A stretch of DNA of 64,000 nt from assembly GCA_964473465.1 (NCBI GenBank), contig CAYYPE010000001.1, positions 310,789 through 374,788 of the forward strand, written 5' to 3'. Position 1 is the first letter of the stretch; each line of letters starts with the position of its first letter. Shown in pieces: positions 1-9,884 of the stretch. The notes below the pieces were generated by a model. It was not told the origin of the DNA. It saw only the letters and a list, made by a program, of their open reading frames with translations, and searched no databases. The position numbers were made by a program, and so were the translations under genes. This stretch comes from an uncultured Hyphomicrobiales bacterium (GTDB taxonomy: Bacteria; Bacteroidota; Ignavibacteria; Kapaibacteriales; UBA2268).

Positions 1-1428
1 CTTAACTGTAATTCTATAAGGGAGAATAAGAGGTGATGGATTATCAAAGTCTGGATTCAACGGAGCGTAGTTATATCTTTTTACAATTATTGAACCGCCA
101 TTAGAGGGAGTAACTGATTCAACAAAAATTTTGAGCGAGGTGTTGTTATTTCCATCCTTAAAATCATATTCTGTGCTGGATGTTATATTTTCCTTTATAA
201 TTTGTGCTTCAGGTAATTGAGTAGGATAGGGGAATTTGTATGCCCGGTAAGTTGATTGACCGAAAGTAACACCCTTTGGAAGTGATATTTCAATTGCGAG
301 TTCATTATCAGGAGTAAGTTCTGTTATAGATGGAAGATTAAGTATTCCGGAACCACCCCAGCCAATAATATTGCCGCCGTTTGGCAATCTTTGTATATTA
401 CCTTGATTTCTTGATAGAATGTCTGGAGAATGCCTGTATTCCCATATCAATTTGGCTGTTTTATTTATTTCATCAAGTTGATATTCTACTGCACGGGCAT
501 GCTCGGGCTGGTGCCTGTTACCATTATCAAATAATGAAATATTACCATTATCAAGCCTACGTGCATCGTGCTGTTCAGAGAAATAATCTGGAGCGTTTGC
601 TTCGTTTTCGCCGATAAATGTGAAATCATTGCTTTTTCCACCGAGTCGGCAAATAATATCGCCTGTCTGACGGTTAATTTTTGTGATTTCATTAGTATGT
701 CTGCTTGAAATCAAAATATGACCGTCATCATCAAGTTCGACAGAGTTTATATGGACATAGTCAACACGAGGGGTATTGAGTGGAACATAAGTATCTTCCA
801 GGGGAATATGATCCCAGCTTCTCCATTGGAATACAACATTTCGATTACGGTCAAGTTCCTGAACAACAGCCCCGATAACAGTGGCATCAGGATGACCATC
901 GGTAACCACCTGACTTAAATCCATGTGCTTTACATCATAAGAAATCAGCAAAGAATGACCGTTCGGAAGAAGTTTAAAATCATGAAAATCTGCAATGTAT
1001 CCACTTTTGCACTGAAATGAGTCAATAACATTTAAATCTGAATTTGTGATATAAATAATAGACTCTGCAAACCCATCAGCTAAATTTCCGAATCTAAATG
1101 GCTGTTGATATGACATTATACCGTTTGGCTGAACCTTGAAATCAAAGCTTAAGGGGACTTTTTTGTATTTTATAACCTTAGCATCATTATCCATGATAAT
1201 AAGAAAATTTGATGTAGCCATACCGTTATTTCCGAAAAAGAAATGACCATTGTATGGTTCTGCTGATTTCTCAACAGTAAGTTCAGGAAATCCGGGTGGT
1301 AAAGAATCACCATTTAGTAATGAAGGTTTAAGAACTTTTTTATCAAAATAATCGAATGATAGGACTGAATAAATTGAAAAAAACGAAAGTAAGAAGACAA
1401 ATGTTAACATTGATATTATTTTGCTCAT
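1..1428 (-). CDS. Arylsulfotransferase (ASST)-like beta-propeller protein, partial (C-terminus lies beyond the window start); N-terminal signal peptide
   Basis: Open frame on the minus strand from ATG at 1428..1426 (AGGAG 5 nt upstream) running off position 1 without a stop. N-terminus MSKIISMLTFVFLLSFFSIYS is a signal peptide. The body has the repeated D/N/G-rich propeller-like composition (..HDARRLDNGNISLFDNGN.., ..HINSVELDDDGHILISSRH..) that I recall from ASST-family proteins. It is not in the ORF track because it has no stop in the window. Confidence 0.45.
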   Translation of the reverse strand, partial: MSKIISMLTFVFLLSFFSIYSVLSFDYFDKKVLKPSLLNGDSLPPGFPELTVEKSAEPYNGHFFFGNNGMATSNFLIIMDNDAKVIKYKKVPLSFDFKVQPNGIMSYQQPFRFGNLADGFAESIIYITNSDLNVIDSFQCKSGYIADFHDFKLLPNGHSLLISYDVKHMDLSQVVTDGHPDATVIGAVVQELDRNRNVVFQWRSWDHIPLEDTYVPLNTPRVDYVHINSVELDDDGHILISSRHTNEITKINRQTGDIICRLGGKSNDFTFIGENEANAPDYFSEQHDARRLDNGNISLFDNGNRHQPEHARAVEYQLDEINKTAKLIWEYRHSPDILSRNQGNIQRLPNGGNIIGWGGSGILNLPSITELTPDNELAIEISLPKGVTFGQSTYRAYKFPYPTQLPEAQIIKENITSSTEYDFKDGNNNTSLKIFVESVTPSNGGSIIVKRYNYAPLNPDFDNPSPLILPYRITVK

Positions 1429-1533
1429 TATACTCCTTTTATGAATTATTAAAATTTCAAAATTAACAAAACACAATTTTAAGAATTAAGTTACAATTAG
1501 TTAACAATTTTCTTATGTAAAATATGATTTTTA

Positions 1534-1788
1534 TTATTTGTAGATAATCTTCAGAATAAGAATTGTGAAAGCGAAAATAAAGGAAATTATATTGGCAAGA
1601 ATTATTGGTAAATCGTTTTTGATAACACCATAAGTGAACCATAGAATAATGCCTAAAACGAAAGTAATATAGGTAAGAAGAGAGATGTCCTTAGTATGGC
1701 GGTTGATAATTGCTTTGATCATCTGAGGAACGAAGGCTAATGTAGTCAAAGTAGCAGCTATCAAACCTAAGATTGTTGTAAAATCCAT
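1534..1788 (-). CDS. SemiSWEET (PQ-loop) small sugar transporter, 84 aa, 3 TM
   Basis: 84 aa with three hydrophobic helices, a PQ motif in TM1 (LAFVPQMIKAI) and RHTKDIS / YG(V/I) signatures matching bacterial SemiSWEETs. Confidence 0.7.
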   Translation of the reverse strand: MDFTTILGLIAATLTTLAFVPQMIKAIINRHTKDISLLTYITFVLGIILWFTYGVIKNDLPIILANIISFIFAFTILILKIIYK

Positions 1789-1791
1789 AAA

Positions 1792-2448
1792 TCACCTTAA
1801 AGCAAACATAAATGAGTGATTAAGGAGAGGGATCTGGATTGGATAGCATATTTTTCTAAGGATATTAAAAATTGAAGGGAAATAATACACCCGCTTATAA
1901 TCTAATATTTCGAAATGATTTTTTAGTTGAGCTATGGCTTCATTCAAAGAATACAGATAAAGATAACGTGCATTTCCGATTTTTGGATAAAGAGCTACTC
2001 TGTTCGAGTAGGTCATTAAAACCAATCCATCAGGGGCTAAAATCTCCTTAACTCGTTTTAAGAAAATATTTGGTTCATCAACTGTTTGAATCACTCCAAT
2101 GATTGCAATTACATCGAATTTTTGATTGAAGTTTGTATCTTCAATCCGACCGGCGAGCAGGTTTGCATCAGGAAATTTTTGCTTTACCGGGCGGAGTTGT
2201 TCAGGGCTAAAGTCGATACCAGTTGTTTCGAGGTTGAATTTATGGTAGATATCAAAATAATTGCCGGGACCACAGCCAATATCGAGGATTGACTTATAGT
2301 TATTATTCCAGAATTTTTTAAGAAAAAAAGTAAAGACAGATCTAAGTTCATTCATAGCAACTTTGGAAGAAATAGACATTTGAAAATTCTCAGAGAACTT
2401 AGCACTTTCTTCAAACCTTTTTTTCCAATATGATTCAAAATCGGGCAT
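1792..2448 (-). CDS. Class I SAM-dependent methyltransferase
   Basis: Motif I ILDIGCGPGNY and overall Methyltransf_11/25-like layout. Gaps to the neighbouring prfB and SemiSWEET genes are only 3-4 bp. Confidence 0.7.
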   Translation of the reverse strand: MPDFESYWKKRFEESAKFSENFQMSISSKVAMNELRSVFTFFLKKFWNNNYKSILDIGCGPGNYFDIYHKFNLETTGIDFSPEQLRPVKQKFPDANLLAGRIEDTNFNQKFDVIAIIGVIQTVDEPNIFLKRVKEILAPDGLVLMTYSNRVALYPKIGNARYLYLYSLNEAIAQLKNHFEILDYKRVYYFPSIFNILRKICYPIQIPLLNHSFMFALR

Positions 2449-2451
2449 AAC

Positions 2452-3499
2452 TCAGGATAAAAGAAGATAAGAGTGAATAAAATCGTCAATATCACCATCC
2501 ATAACGGCGTGAATATCTGTTTTTTTCAGTTCAGTTCTGTGGTCATTGACCATAGTATAAGGCTGGAAAACATAAGACCTGATCTGACTGCCCCATTCAA
2601 TTTTCTTCTTTGCTCCCTCGATGGCAGATTTTTCAGCTTCTTCTTCCTCTCTTTTCTTTTGATAAAGGCGAGATTTAAGCATTTTCATAGCTCTTTCACG
2701 GTTCTGAAATTGAGAGCGTTCCTGCTGACAGGACACAACAATTCCGCTGGGAATATGTCTAAGCCGAACGGCAGTTTCAACCTTATTTACATTTTGTCCT
2801 CCCTTGCCGCCGGAACGGAAAGTGTCCATTTCGATATCAGCTGGGTTTATTTCAATTTCGACATCGTCATCAACTTCAGGATAGACAAAAACGGAGGCAA
2901 AAGAGGTATGCCGCCTTGCATTTGAATCGAAAGGTGAAATTCTTACCAGTCGGTGAACTCCATTTTCGGATTTAAGGTAGCCGTATGCATATTCCCCAAT
3001 AATTTCAAGTGTTGCGGATTTTATTCCAGCTCCGTCGCCTTCGAGTTCATCGGCAAGATACACTTTGAAATTGTGTCTTTCAGCCCAGCGGGTGTACATT
3101 CGCATAAGCATTTCTGCCCAATCTTGTGCTTCGGTTCCACCAGCACCAGAATGAATTGTTAGAATAGCATTTCTTTTGTCGTCAGGTCCTGAGAGTAAAT
3201 TCTTCATTTCGAGATCATTAACCAAAGATTCAGCTTTTTTGATTTCAGAATCAATTTCATTTGAAAGGGATTCATCACCATCCTCTTCGGTTAATTCTAT
3301 CAAAGCCTGAGCATCATTAATAACTCTGTTAGTTTGCTCCCATTCATCAATCCAACTCTGGTTGTCGGACATTTTTTGCATGATTTTTTGAGCTTCGGCG
3401 GGATCTTCCCAGAAATTACTGTCTCCTGATTTAGTGCGTAGGTTTTCTAATTCGGATATTTTTCCGTCAATATCAAAGAAACCTCCGTAATTTATTCAT
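2452..3499 (-). CDS. prfB: Peptide chain release factor 2 with programmed +1 frameshift (ORF0 ATG 3499..3497 through CTT 3478..3476; +1 frame from GAT 3474..3472 to stop at 2452)
   Basis: The ORF track frame carries the GGQ motif ([27 protein letters not shown]) and the SPF tripeptide ([15 protein letters not shown]). Upstream on the minus strand I read AGGAGAGA-ATG AAT AAA TTA CGG AGG TTT CTT TGA T. After a +1 slip at CTT-T the frame reads [41 protein letters not shown], which joins the long ORF and aligns with E. coli RF2 residues about 26-55. Confidence 0.9.
3473..3487 (-). promoter_or_regulatory. RF2 autoregulatory frameshift site: internal SD-like GGAGG, 3-nt spacer, CUU UGA U
   Basis: Minus-strand sequence CGGAGGTTTCTTTGAT. 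This is the classic E. coli arrangement (AGGGGGUAUCUUUGAC), with a poor-context UGA stop followed by U. Confidence 0.8.
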
Positions 3500-3750
3500 T
3501 CTCTCCTTTAATTCTTTGATTTTATCTTTTTGTGGTTCGAACATTTTTATAATTTTGATGCTTTAAAAAAAACAAAATTAAGCCATTTAGGTTAAATGAC
3601 AAAGGATGAATATTGAATTATGAATATAAGCACAATCAAAATGCTTGAAAGAGGCAGTATCATTAATATTTTTTTGCTTAAAATATTAAAATTCATTAGG
3701 TTTAAGTTTATTAAAGTTTAGAAAAAGATTAAGAAAATCACATAGGTTTA

Positions 3751-4539
3751 ATGAAGCTATCTATAGTAACAGTTTGCAAAAATGATGCAGATAATCTGGA
3801 AAGAACGATAATCAGTATTATTAATCAGTCTTTCAAGGATTATGAGCTTATTATCATAGACGGAGCTTCGAATGATAATACCTTTGATGTCATTAATAAA
3901 TATAAATCATATGTATCAAAATTTGTATCTGAACCCGACAGCGGTATATTTAATGCTCAAAATAAAGGAGTGAGATACTCCGAAGGTGATTATATATGTT
4001 TTCTAAATGCAGGGGATTATTTTACTAATTCTGAAATTCTTAAAAATGTGTTTGAAAATGAGCCTGCTGCAGAGATAATTTACGGAGATATCAATTATAA
4101 ATTCAATAATGGATTAATATACAGAAAGAAGTCATTTAAAAAACTGACAGGCTTGAAATTTCTTATTGAAAGTTTACCACACCCTTCCTGCTTTTTTAAA
4201 AGGACACTATTCGAAAAAGTCGGACAAATGGATGAAAATTTCAGAATGACAGCGGATTATGAGTTTTTCATGAGAGCAATTCTCAAATACAAATGTCAGA
4301 CGCAATATATACCAATACCAGTTGCGGTATTTAACCTTGAAGGCTTAAGTTCAAAACATGAACACAGCCAGCAAGCAAAAACAGAAAGGAAGAAAATTCA
4401 GGAAAAATATATTGTCCTGAAAACACTTAGAATGTTCAGATTATTTCGATTACCAATAATATTTTTTTTAAAAAAAATAAGATATCTTTTCTATCTTTTT
4501 CTCAGTAGATCGAAAAAGGATTATACGCAAATAAAGTAA
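3751..4539 (+). CDS. Family 2 glycosyltransferase
   Basis: N-terminal GT-A signature LSIVTVCKNDADNLERTIISIINQSFKDYELIIIDGASNDNT with DxD-like ELIIIDGAS. 262 aa. Confidence 0.8.
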   Translation: MKLSIVTVCKNDADNLERTIISIINQSFKDYELIIIDGASNDNTFDVINKYKSYVSKFVSEPDSGIFNAQNKGVRYSEGDYICFLNAGDYFTNSEILKNVFENEPAAEIIYGDINYKFNNGLIYRKKSFKKLTGLKFLIESLPHPSCFFKRTLFEKVGQMDENFRMTADYEFFMRAILKYKCQTQYIPIPVAVFNLEGLSSKHEHSQQAKTERKKIQEKYIVLKTLRMFRLFRLPIIFFLKKIRYLFYLFLSRSKKDYTQIK

Positions 4540-4544
4540 AGTTA

Positions 4545-5858
4545 TCAGCTATTCATAGAAGCAAGAAAATCTTTGTTAGATCTCGTTCCTTTCATTTTAT
4601 CAAGCAGGAATTCCACAGCTTCAGTAGGTGCGAATTCGCTAAGAACTTTACGAAGTATATAAATTCTGTTCAGTTCATCACTTGGTATAAGAAGCTCTTC
4701 ACGTCGGGTGCCAGAGCGATTGACGTCAATAGCAGGAAATACCCTCCTATCAGCAATTTGACGATTAAGAACAAGTTCCATATTACCAGTTCCCTTGAAT
4801 TCTTCGAAGATAACTTCGTCCATTCTGCTGCCAGTTTCAATCAAAGCAGTAGCAATGATAGTAAGAGAACCACCCTCTTCGACATTTCTTGCGGCTCCGA
4901 AAAATCTTTTTGGTTTGTGGAGAGCATTAGCATCAACACCACCGGAAAGAATTTTGCCTGAATGCGGAACAACAGTATTATGAGCACGAGCCAGTCGAGT
5001 TATTGAATCGAGAAGAATAACCACATCCATTTTAGCTTCAACCAATCTTTTAGCTTTTTCTAATACCATATCAGCAACCTGAACGTGTCTTTCAGGGGGT
5101 TCATCAAAGGTAGAAGAAATGACTTCAGCTTTCACTGAGCGTTGCATATCGGTAACTTCTTCGGGACGCTCATCAATCAAGAGGACAATCATTTTGATTT
5201 CAGGGTGATTTTTTGTTATACTATTGGCAATTTGTTGTAATAATATAGTTTTACCTGCTTTTGGAGGAGAAACAATTAACCCACGCTGACCCTTACCAAT
5301 AGGGCATAATAAATTCAATATCCTCATTGAGTATTCAGCTTTGCTGGTTTCAAGGTTTATTTGTTTATTTGGGTAAAGGGGAGTAAGGTTATCAAATATA
5401 GTTCTATCTCTTATAAGTTCTGGTTCAAGATAGTTAACACTTTCAACTTTAAGAAGTGCAAAAAACCTCTCTCCGTCTTTTGGTGGTCTGACTAATCCAC
5501 GGACAGTATCGCCGGTTCTCAGGACAAATTTTTTGATTTGGGAGGGTGAAACATAAATATCATCAGGAGACGGTAAATAATTATAATCAGCTGAGCGAAG
5601 AAAACCATAACCATCGGGAAGAACTTCGAGGACACCGCTACTTGCTACGAGTCCTTCGGTAATTTGTTCTTTTGGTTGGTTGTTAGCCTGAACCTCAACA
5701 ATTTTAAGAATAAGTTCTTGTTTTCTTAAGTCAGAAAAATTTGTGATGCCAAGTTGCTTTGCCATGGCAGTCAGTTCAGCAATTTTTTTGCCTTTTAAGT
5801 CGGCAATATCAATCAAAGGTTGGTTATTTTTGTGACTGGAGTTTTCGTAAGGGGGCAT
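4545..5858 (-). CDS. rho: Transcription termination factor Rho
   Basis: N-terminal RNA-binding domain, Walker [18 protein letters not shown], and Q/R loops. 437 aa. Confidence 0.95.
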   Translation of the reverse strand: MPPYENSSHKNNQPLIDIADLKGKKIAELTAMAKQLGITNFSDLRKQELILKIVEVQANNQPKEQITEGLVASSGVLEVLPDGYGFLRSADYNYLPSPDDIYVSPSQIKKFVLRTGDTVRGLVRPPKDGERFFALLKVESVNYLEPELIRDRTIFDNLTPLYPNKQINLETSKAEYSMRILNLLCPIGKGQRGLIVSPPKAGKTILLQQIANSITKNHPEIKMIVLLIDERPEEVTDMQRSVKAEVISSTFDEPPERHVQVADMVLEKAKRLVEAKMDVVILLDSITRLARAHNTVVPHSGKILSGGVDANALHKPKRFFGAARNVEEGGSLTIIATALIETGSRMDEVIFEEFKGTGNMELVLNRQIADRRVFPAIDVNRSGTRREELLIPSDELNRIYILRKVLSEFAPTEAVEFLLDKMKGTRSNKDFLASMNS

Positions 5859-6289
5859 ATTTACCTTTCTAAAAAAAAATATTTAAGATACTAATTATCA
5901 ATTAATTAACATATTATCAAAAGATGTTAAAAAAATTATTTTATTCTACTTATTTTTGATTTATGATTTGTTTTCACCGGTTTAGCTTATAAACATCAAA
6001 TTGCCATTTTGGTGTGTTTAACAAAGCAAATTTAGTGAATATTTTGTTTAATGCAAATAAAAAAATTAAAATAGGGTTAAAATTATAGTCTATGACTGAA
6101 AAGAGTTTAATATTAATAACAAAATAAAATGCAAGTAATGAAGAATTTTTATAATCCACTCCGAAAAGACACAACATAATGATTACATTTTATTTTTGAT
6201 TTTCGAAAAAGCAGTTCTAAATTATTATTTTCAATGATGAAAAAATGTAACTATTAAATATTGTTGAATTTATACTATTCGGAATAATT

Positions 6290-7570
6290 ATGGAGATTCA
6301 CAGCCATATTGACGAACAACTCGAAACAGACCTTTTAGTTGTTGGAGGTGGCATAGCCGGTATATCAACGGCTTTGGAAACAGCTGAAACTGGATTCAGG
6401 GTTATTCTTCTGGAAAAGGAACCTTTCATAGGTGGAAGGGTCTCTCAACTAAACCAGTATTTTCCAAAGCTATGTCCGCCTTCGTGTGGTTTAGAAATAA
6501 ACATTAGAAGGCTAAGGGATAATACTAATATTGATTTAATGACATTGGGCGAAGTAGCAAACATTGAAGGTGGTCCGGGGAACTTTAATGTTTCAGTCAT
6601 ACAAAAAGCAAGATTTGTTAATAACAGATGCACGACTTGTGGTGATTGTTCACCGGTTTGTCCTGTTGAGCGAAATAACAGCTTTAATTTCAATATAGAC
6701 AAAACCAAGGCTATCTACATAAATCACGAGAATGCTTATCCTCAGAAATATGTAATTGACCCGGATGTCTGTCTTGGAGAAAGTTGCTCAGAATGCGTAA
6801 AAGCATGTAAATATGAAGCAATTGATTTAAAGCACTCAGCAAAACAAATAAAAATCAAAACAAAAGCCATTGTTTGGGCAACAGGTTGGAATCCATACGA
6901 TGCTAATAAACTTGAATATCTTGGTTACGGAAAATATCCCGAAGTTATTACAAATATGATGTTCGAGAGATATTCAGCACCGAATGGTCCAACTAAAGGG
7001 AAAATTATTGTTCCGGGAACAAACAGAGAAATAGAAAAAATTGCATTCGTTCAATGTGCCGGCTCCCGCGATGAACTTCACCTTGAATATTGTTCTTCAA
7101 TATGCTGCCTTGCGTCAATGAAGCAAGCACAATATGTCAGGGAACAATATCCAAACGCCGAAATTGATATATTTTATATTGATTTGAGGGCTCAGGGTTT
7201 GCTTGAAGATTTTTATACCAAAACCAAAAAGGATGAAAAAATTTCTTTCCATCGAGGCAAAGTTGCAAAAGTTTTCAAAGATGAAACAGATAAAAAATTG
7301 GTTGTTGAGGCTGAGAATACTCTTGAAGGCAAATTACATCAGAAAAAATTTGATATGGTGGTATTAGCTACCGGAATGGAGCCCTCAGCGAAAAAGAATG
7401 GAACAATTATAAAAGACTTTCTGGATGACAGTGGATTTGTCAAGACAGATGAAAATTACCCAATTATCGGCTGTGGAGTCAGCACAAGTCCCAAAGAGGT
7501 TGCCTCAGTTGTGCAGGAATCAACTGGAGCTGCTTTGAAAGCTATACATCTAATTAAAGGAGGGAATTAA
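6290..7570 (+). CDS. HdrA-family FAD/Fe-S flavoprotein, QmoA-like (426 aa)
   Basis: FAD fold VVGGGIAGISTALE. Ferredoxin-like Cys clusters CTTCGDCSPVCP and CLGESCSECVKAC. The diagnostic HdrA motif QCAGSRDELHLEYCSSICC is present. Size matches QmoA (about 410 aa). Confidence 0.7.
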   Translation: MEIHSHIDEQLETDLLVVGGGIAGISTALETAETGFRVILLEKEPFIGGRVSQLNQYFPKLCPPSCGLEINIRRLRDNTNIDLMTLGEVANIEGGPGNFNVSVIQKARFVNNRCTTCGDCSPVCPVERNNSFNFNIDKTKAIYINHENAYPQKYVIDPDVCLGESCSECVKACKYEAIDLKHSAKQIKIKTKAIVWATGWNPYDANKLEYLGYGKYPEVITNMMFERYSAPNGPTKGKIIVPGTNREIEKIAFVQCAGSRDELHLEYCSSICCLASMKQAQYVREQYPNAEIDIFYIDLRAQGLLEDFYTKTKKDEKISFHRGKVAKVFKDETDKKLVVEAENTLEGKLHQKKFDMVVLATGMEPSAKKNGTIIKDFLDDSGFVKTDENYPIIGCGVSTSPKEVASVVQESTGAALKAIHLIKGGN

Positions 7571-7572
7571 TT

Positions 7573-9795
7573 ATGGCAGTAGATACAAATGTTGGTGTTT
7601 ATATCTGTTCAGGATGCGGCATTGGAGATAGTTTAGATTGTCAGAATCTTGCCGAAACTATCCAGAAGGAAACCGGAGTTCCCGTTTGCAAGATAAATAA
7701 TTGGCTTTGTGGTGAAAAGGCTCTGGCAGAAATTAATGACGATATAAAAAACGAAAATCTCAATAGGGTTGTTATCGGGGCATGCTCATCTCGTTATTTA
7801 ACTGATGTATTCAGATTTGACAAAGATGTTCTATTCGACAGAGTCAGTTTAAGGGAAAATGTTGCATGGACTCATAAAGCAAATGATGAAAACACATTTG
7901 AACTCGCAGTAGATTATTTGAAAATGGGGATTTCAAAGATGAAGAATTCAATGGTCCCCGAACCCATGATTTTTGATATTAATTCAACAATATTAGTTGT
8001 TGGTGGTGGGGTTGCTGGTATGAATGCAGCTCTGTCGTCTGCAAAAGCTGGTTATTCAGTTATATTAACAGAAAAAGAAGACAGTCTTGGTGGTTTTTAC
8101 AAGCAACTTTATAAATTAGCACCAACTAAAGCTCCATTTTTTGACCTTCAGGTGAATCCTTGCGAAAAACTAATTGCAGAAGTTTATTCAAATCCGAATA
8201 TTCAGGTTTTAACTTCCTGCAAGATTGAAAAAACAAGTGGACAGCCGGGTTTATTTAATGTTACGGCAAGTTCTAACGGAGAACTAATCGAGTTTCAGGT
8301 TGGTTCTATCATACAGGCAACCGGCTGGAAGCCTTACGATGCTAACAAATTAGGACATCTCGGTTACGGAAAATATAAAAATGTTATAACAAATGTCGAA
8401 GTTGAGAAACTTGCAAAAGAAGGTAAATTGACCAGACCATCAGATGGTGGACCAATAAAAAGTGTTTTATTCATTCAGTGTGCAGGTTCCCGAGACGAAA
8501 ATCATCTGCCTTATTGTTCTTCAGTATGTTGCACAGGCTCGTTAAAACAATATTATTATTTCAAAGAAAAATATCCTGACATTCCTGTATATATTATCTA
8601 CAAAGACATAAGAACGCCGGGTCAATACGAAAAATTTTATAAATTAACACAAAGTCAGGATAACCTCTTCCTTACAAAGGGTGACGTTGTCGGTGTTAGT
8701 GAAAATGGAAATGGCTCGCTTGTTATTGATGTTGATAATACACTTTTAGGTCAACAGATTCAAATAGAGGCTGATGTTGTTGTTCTTGCAACGGGTATGG
8801 TTCCCTCCACATATGTCGAAGAAAGTGAAACCGAAGTGGCAAGCGAGGAAACCGCTGACGGCAAAAAGGCAGCAGCAGGAGCAGAGTTGGGTGCCAAAAT
8901 TTTGAATTTAACTTACAGGCAGGGAACTGATTTACCAACCTTACATTATGGTTTTCCCGATTCCCATTATATCTGCTTCCCCTACGAAACAAGAAGAACG
9001 GGTATATACGCCGTTGGAACCGTCAGGTCACCTATGGATTCAGTCAGTGCCAAAAATGATGCTTTTGGAGGGTCATTAAAAGCTATACAGGTTATTGAAA
9101 ATGTGAGGAAGGGAACAGCAGTGCATCCAAGATCGGGCGATACGACTTATCCTGATTTCTTTTTGCAAAGATGCACACAGTGCAAACGATGCACAGAGGA
9201 ATGTCCATTTGGCACTCTCGACGAGGATGACAAGGGAACACCCAAACCGAATCCGAACCGATGTAGGCGCTGCGGTATTTGTATGGGTGCCTGTCCCGAA
9301 AGGATTATCAGTTTCAAGAATTATTCTGTTCATATAATTTCCTCAATGATTAAGTCTATCGAAATGCCGGATACTGAATCAGAAAAACCACGAATTCTTG
9401 CATTCCTGTGCGAAAACGATGCTTATCCTTCATTGGATATTGCCGCAAGAAACAGAATTCAATATTCAGCAAATATCAGAATTATCCCTTTGAGGTGTTT
9501 AGGTTCGATGAATATAATCTGGATAGCCGATGCACTTTCAATGGGGTTTGATGGTATTATTTTGATTGGTTGCAAATATGGAGAAGATTATCAGTGCCAT
9601 TTCATTCGGGGAAGTGAATTAGCAAATAGAAGGATGGAAAATGTTCAGGAAAAATTAAAACAATTAGTTCTTGAACCCGAAAGAGTCGAAATTCATACTC
9701 TCTCAATTGATGAATTTGTTAAAATACCTGAAATTTTCAATAAATTCGCCGAAACAATTGATAGGGTAGGACCGAATCCTTATAAGGATATGTAA
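7573..9795 (+). CDS. HdrA-family flavoprotein fused to a C-terminal MvhD-like domain, QmoB-like (740 aa)
   Basis: FAD fold LVVGGGVAGMNAAL. HdrA motif QCAGSRDENHLPYCSSVCC. 2x[4Fe-4S] CTQCKRCTEECP ... CRRCGICMGACP. The C-terminal MvhD-like module (ILAFLCENDAYPS...GFDGIILIGC..GEDYQCHF) matches the QmoB architecture. Start lies 3 bp after the upstream gene. Confidence 0.7.
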   Translation: MAVDTNVGVYICSGCGIGDSLDCQNLAETIQKETGVPVCKINNWLCGEKALAEINDDIKNENLNRVVIGACSSRYLTDVFRFDKDVLFDRVSLRENVAWTHKANDENTFELAVDYLKMGISKMKNSMVPEPMIFDINSTILVVGGGVAGMNAALSSAKAGYSVILTEKEDSLGGFYKQLYKLAPTKAPFFDLQVNPCEKLIAEVYSNPNIQVLTSCKIEKTSGQPGLFNVTASSNGELIEFQVGSIIQATGWKPYDANKLGHLGYGKYKNVITNVEVEKLAKEGKLTRPSDGGPIKSVLFIQCAGSRDENHLPYCSSVCCTGSLKQYYYFKEKYPDIPVYIIYKDIRTPGQYEKFYKLTQSQDNLFLTKGDVVGVSENGNGSLVIDVDNTLLGQQIQIEADVVVLATGMVPSTYVEESETEVASEETADGKKAAAGAELGAKILNLTYRQGTDLPTLHYGFPDSHYICFPYETRRTGIYAVGTVRSPMDSVSAKNDAFGGSLKAIQVIENVRKGTAVHPRSGDTTYPDFFLQRCTQCKRCTEECPFGTLDEDDKGTPKPNPNRCRRCGICMGACPERIISFKNYSVHIISSMIKSIEMPDTESEKPRILAFLCENDAYPSLDIAARNRIQYSANIRIIPLRCLGSMNIIWIADALSMGFDGIILIGCKYGEDYQCHFIRGSELANRRMENVQEKLKQLVLEPERVEIHTLSIDEFVKIPEIFNKFAETIDRVGPNPYKDM

Positions 9796-9825
9796 AAATT
9801 TGTAAAATAAAAAAAATATCTTTGG

Positions 9826-9858
9826 AAGGGCTGTTTCAAAAAAGCAGCCCTTTTTTTG
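9826..9858. terminator. Bidirectional intrinsic terminator between convergent genes
   Basis: GGGCTG-tttcaaaaaag-CAGCCC stem flanked by an A-run upstream and TTTTTTT downstream. It sits between the stop of the QmoB-like gene (9795) and the stop of the minus-strand CPBP gene (9885). Confidence 0.7.
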
Positions 9859-9884
9859 ACTTTTAAAACAATAAAATAATTATT

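Noticed and set aside
381-918. Three short plus/minus ORFs (381..617, 486..692, 718..918)
   Set aside because: They overlap the long uninterrupted minus-strand frame 1..1428, which has a start codon, RBS and signal peptide.
5974-6177. 67-aa ORF in the rho/qmoA divergent promoter region
   Set aside because: AT-rich intergenic sequence. The peptide is low-complexity (F/I/L/N/K) with no RBS. It is more likely a promoter region.
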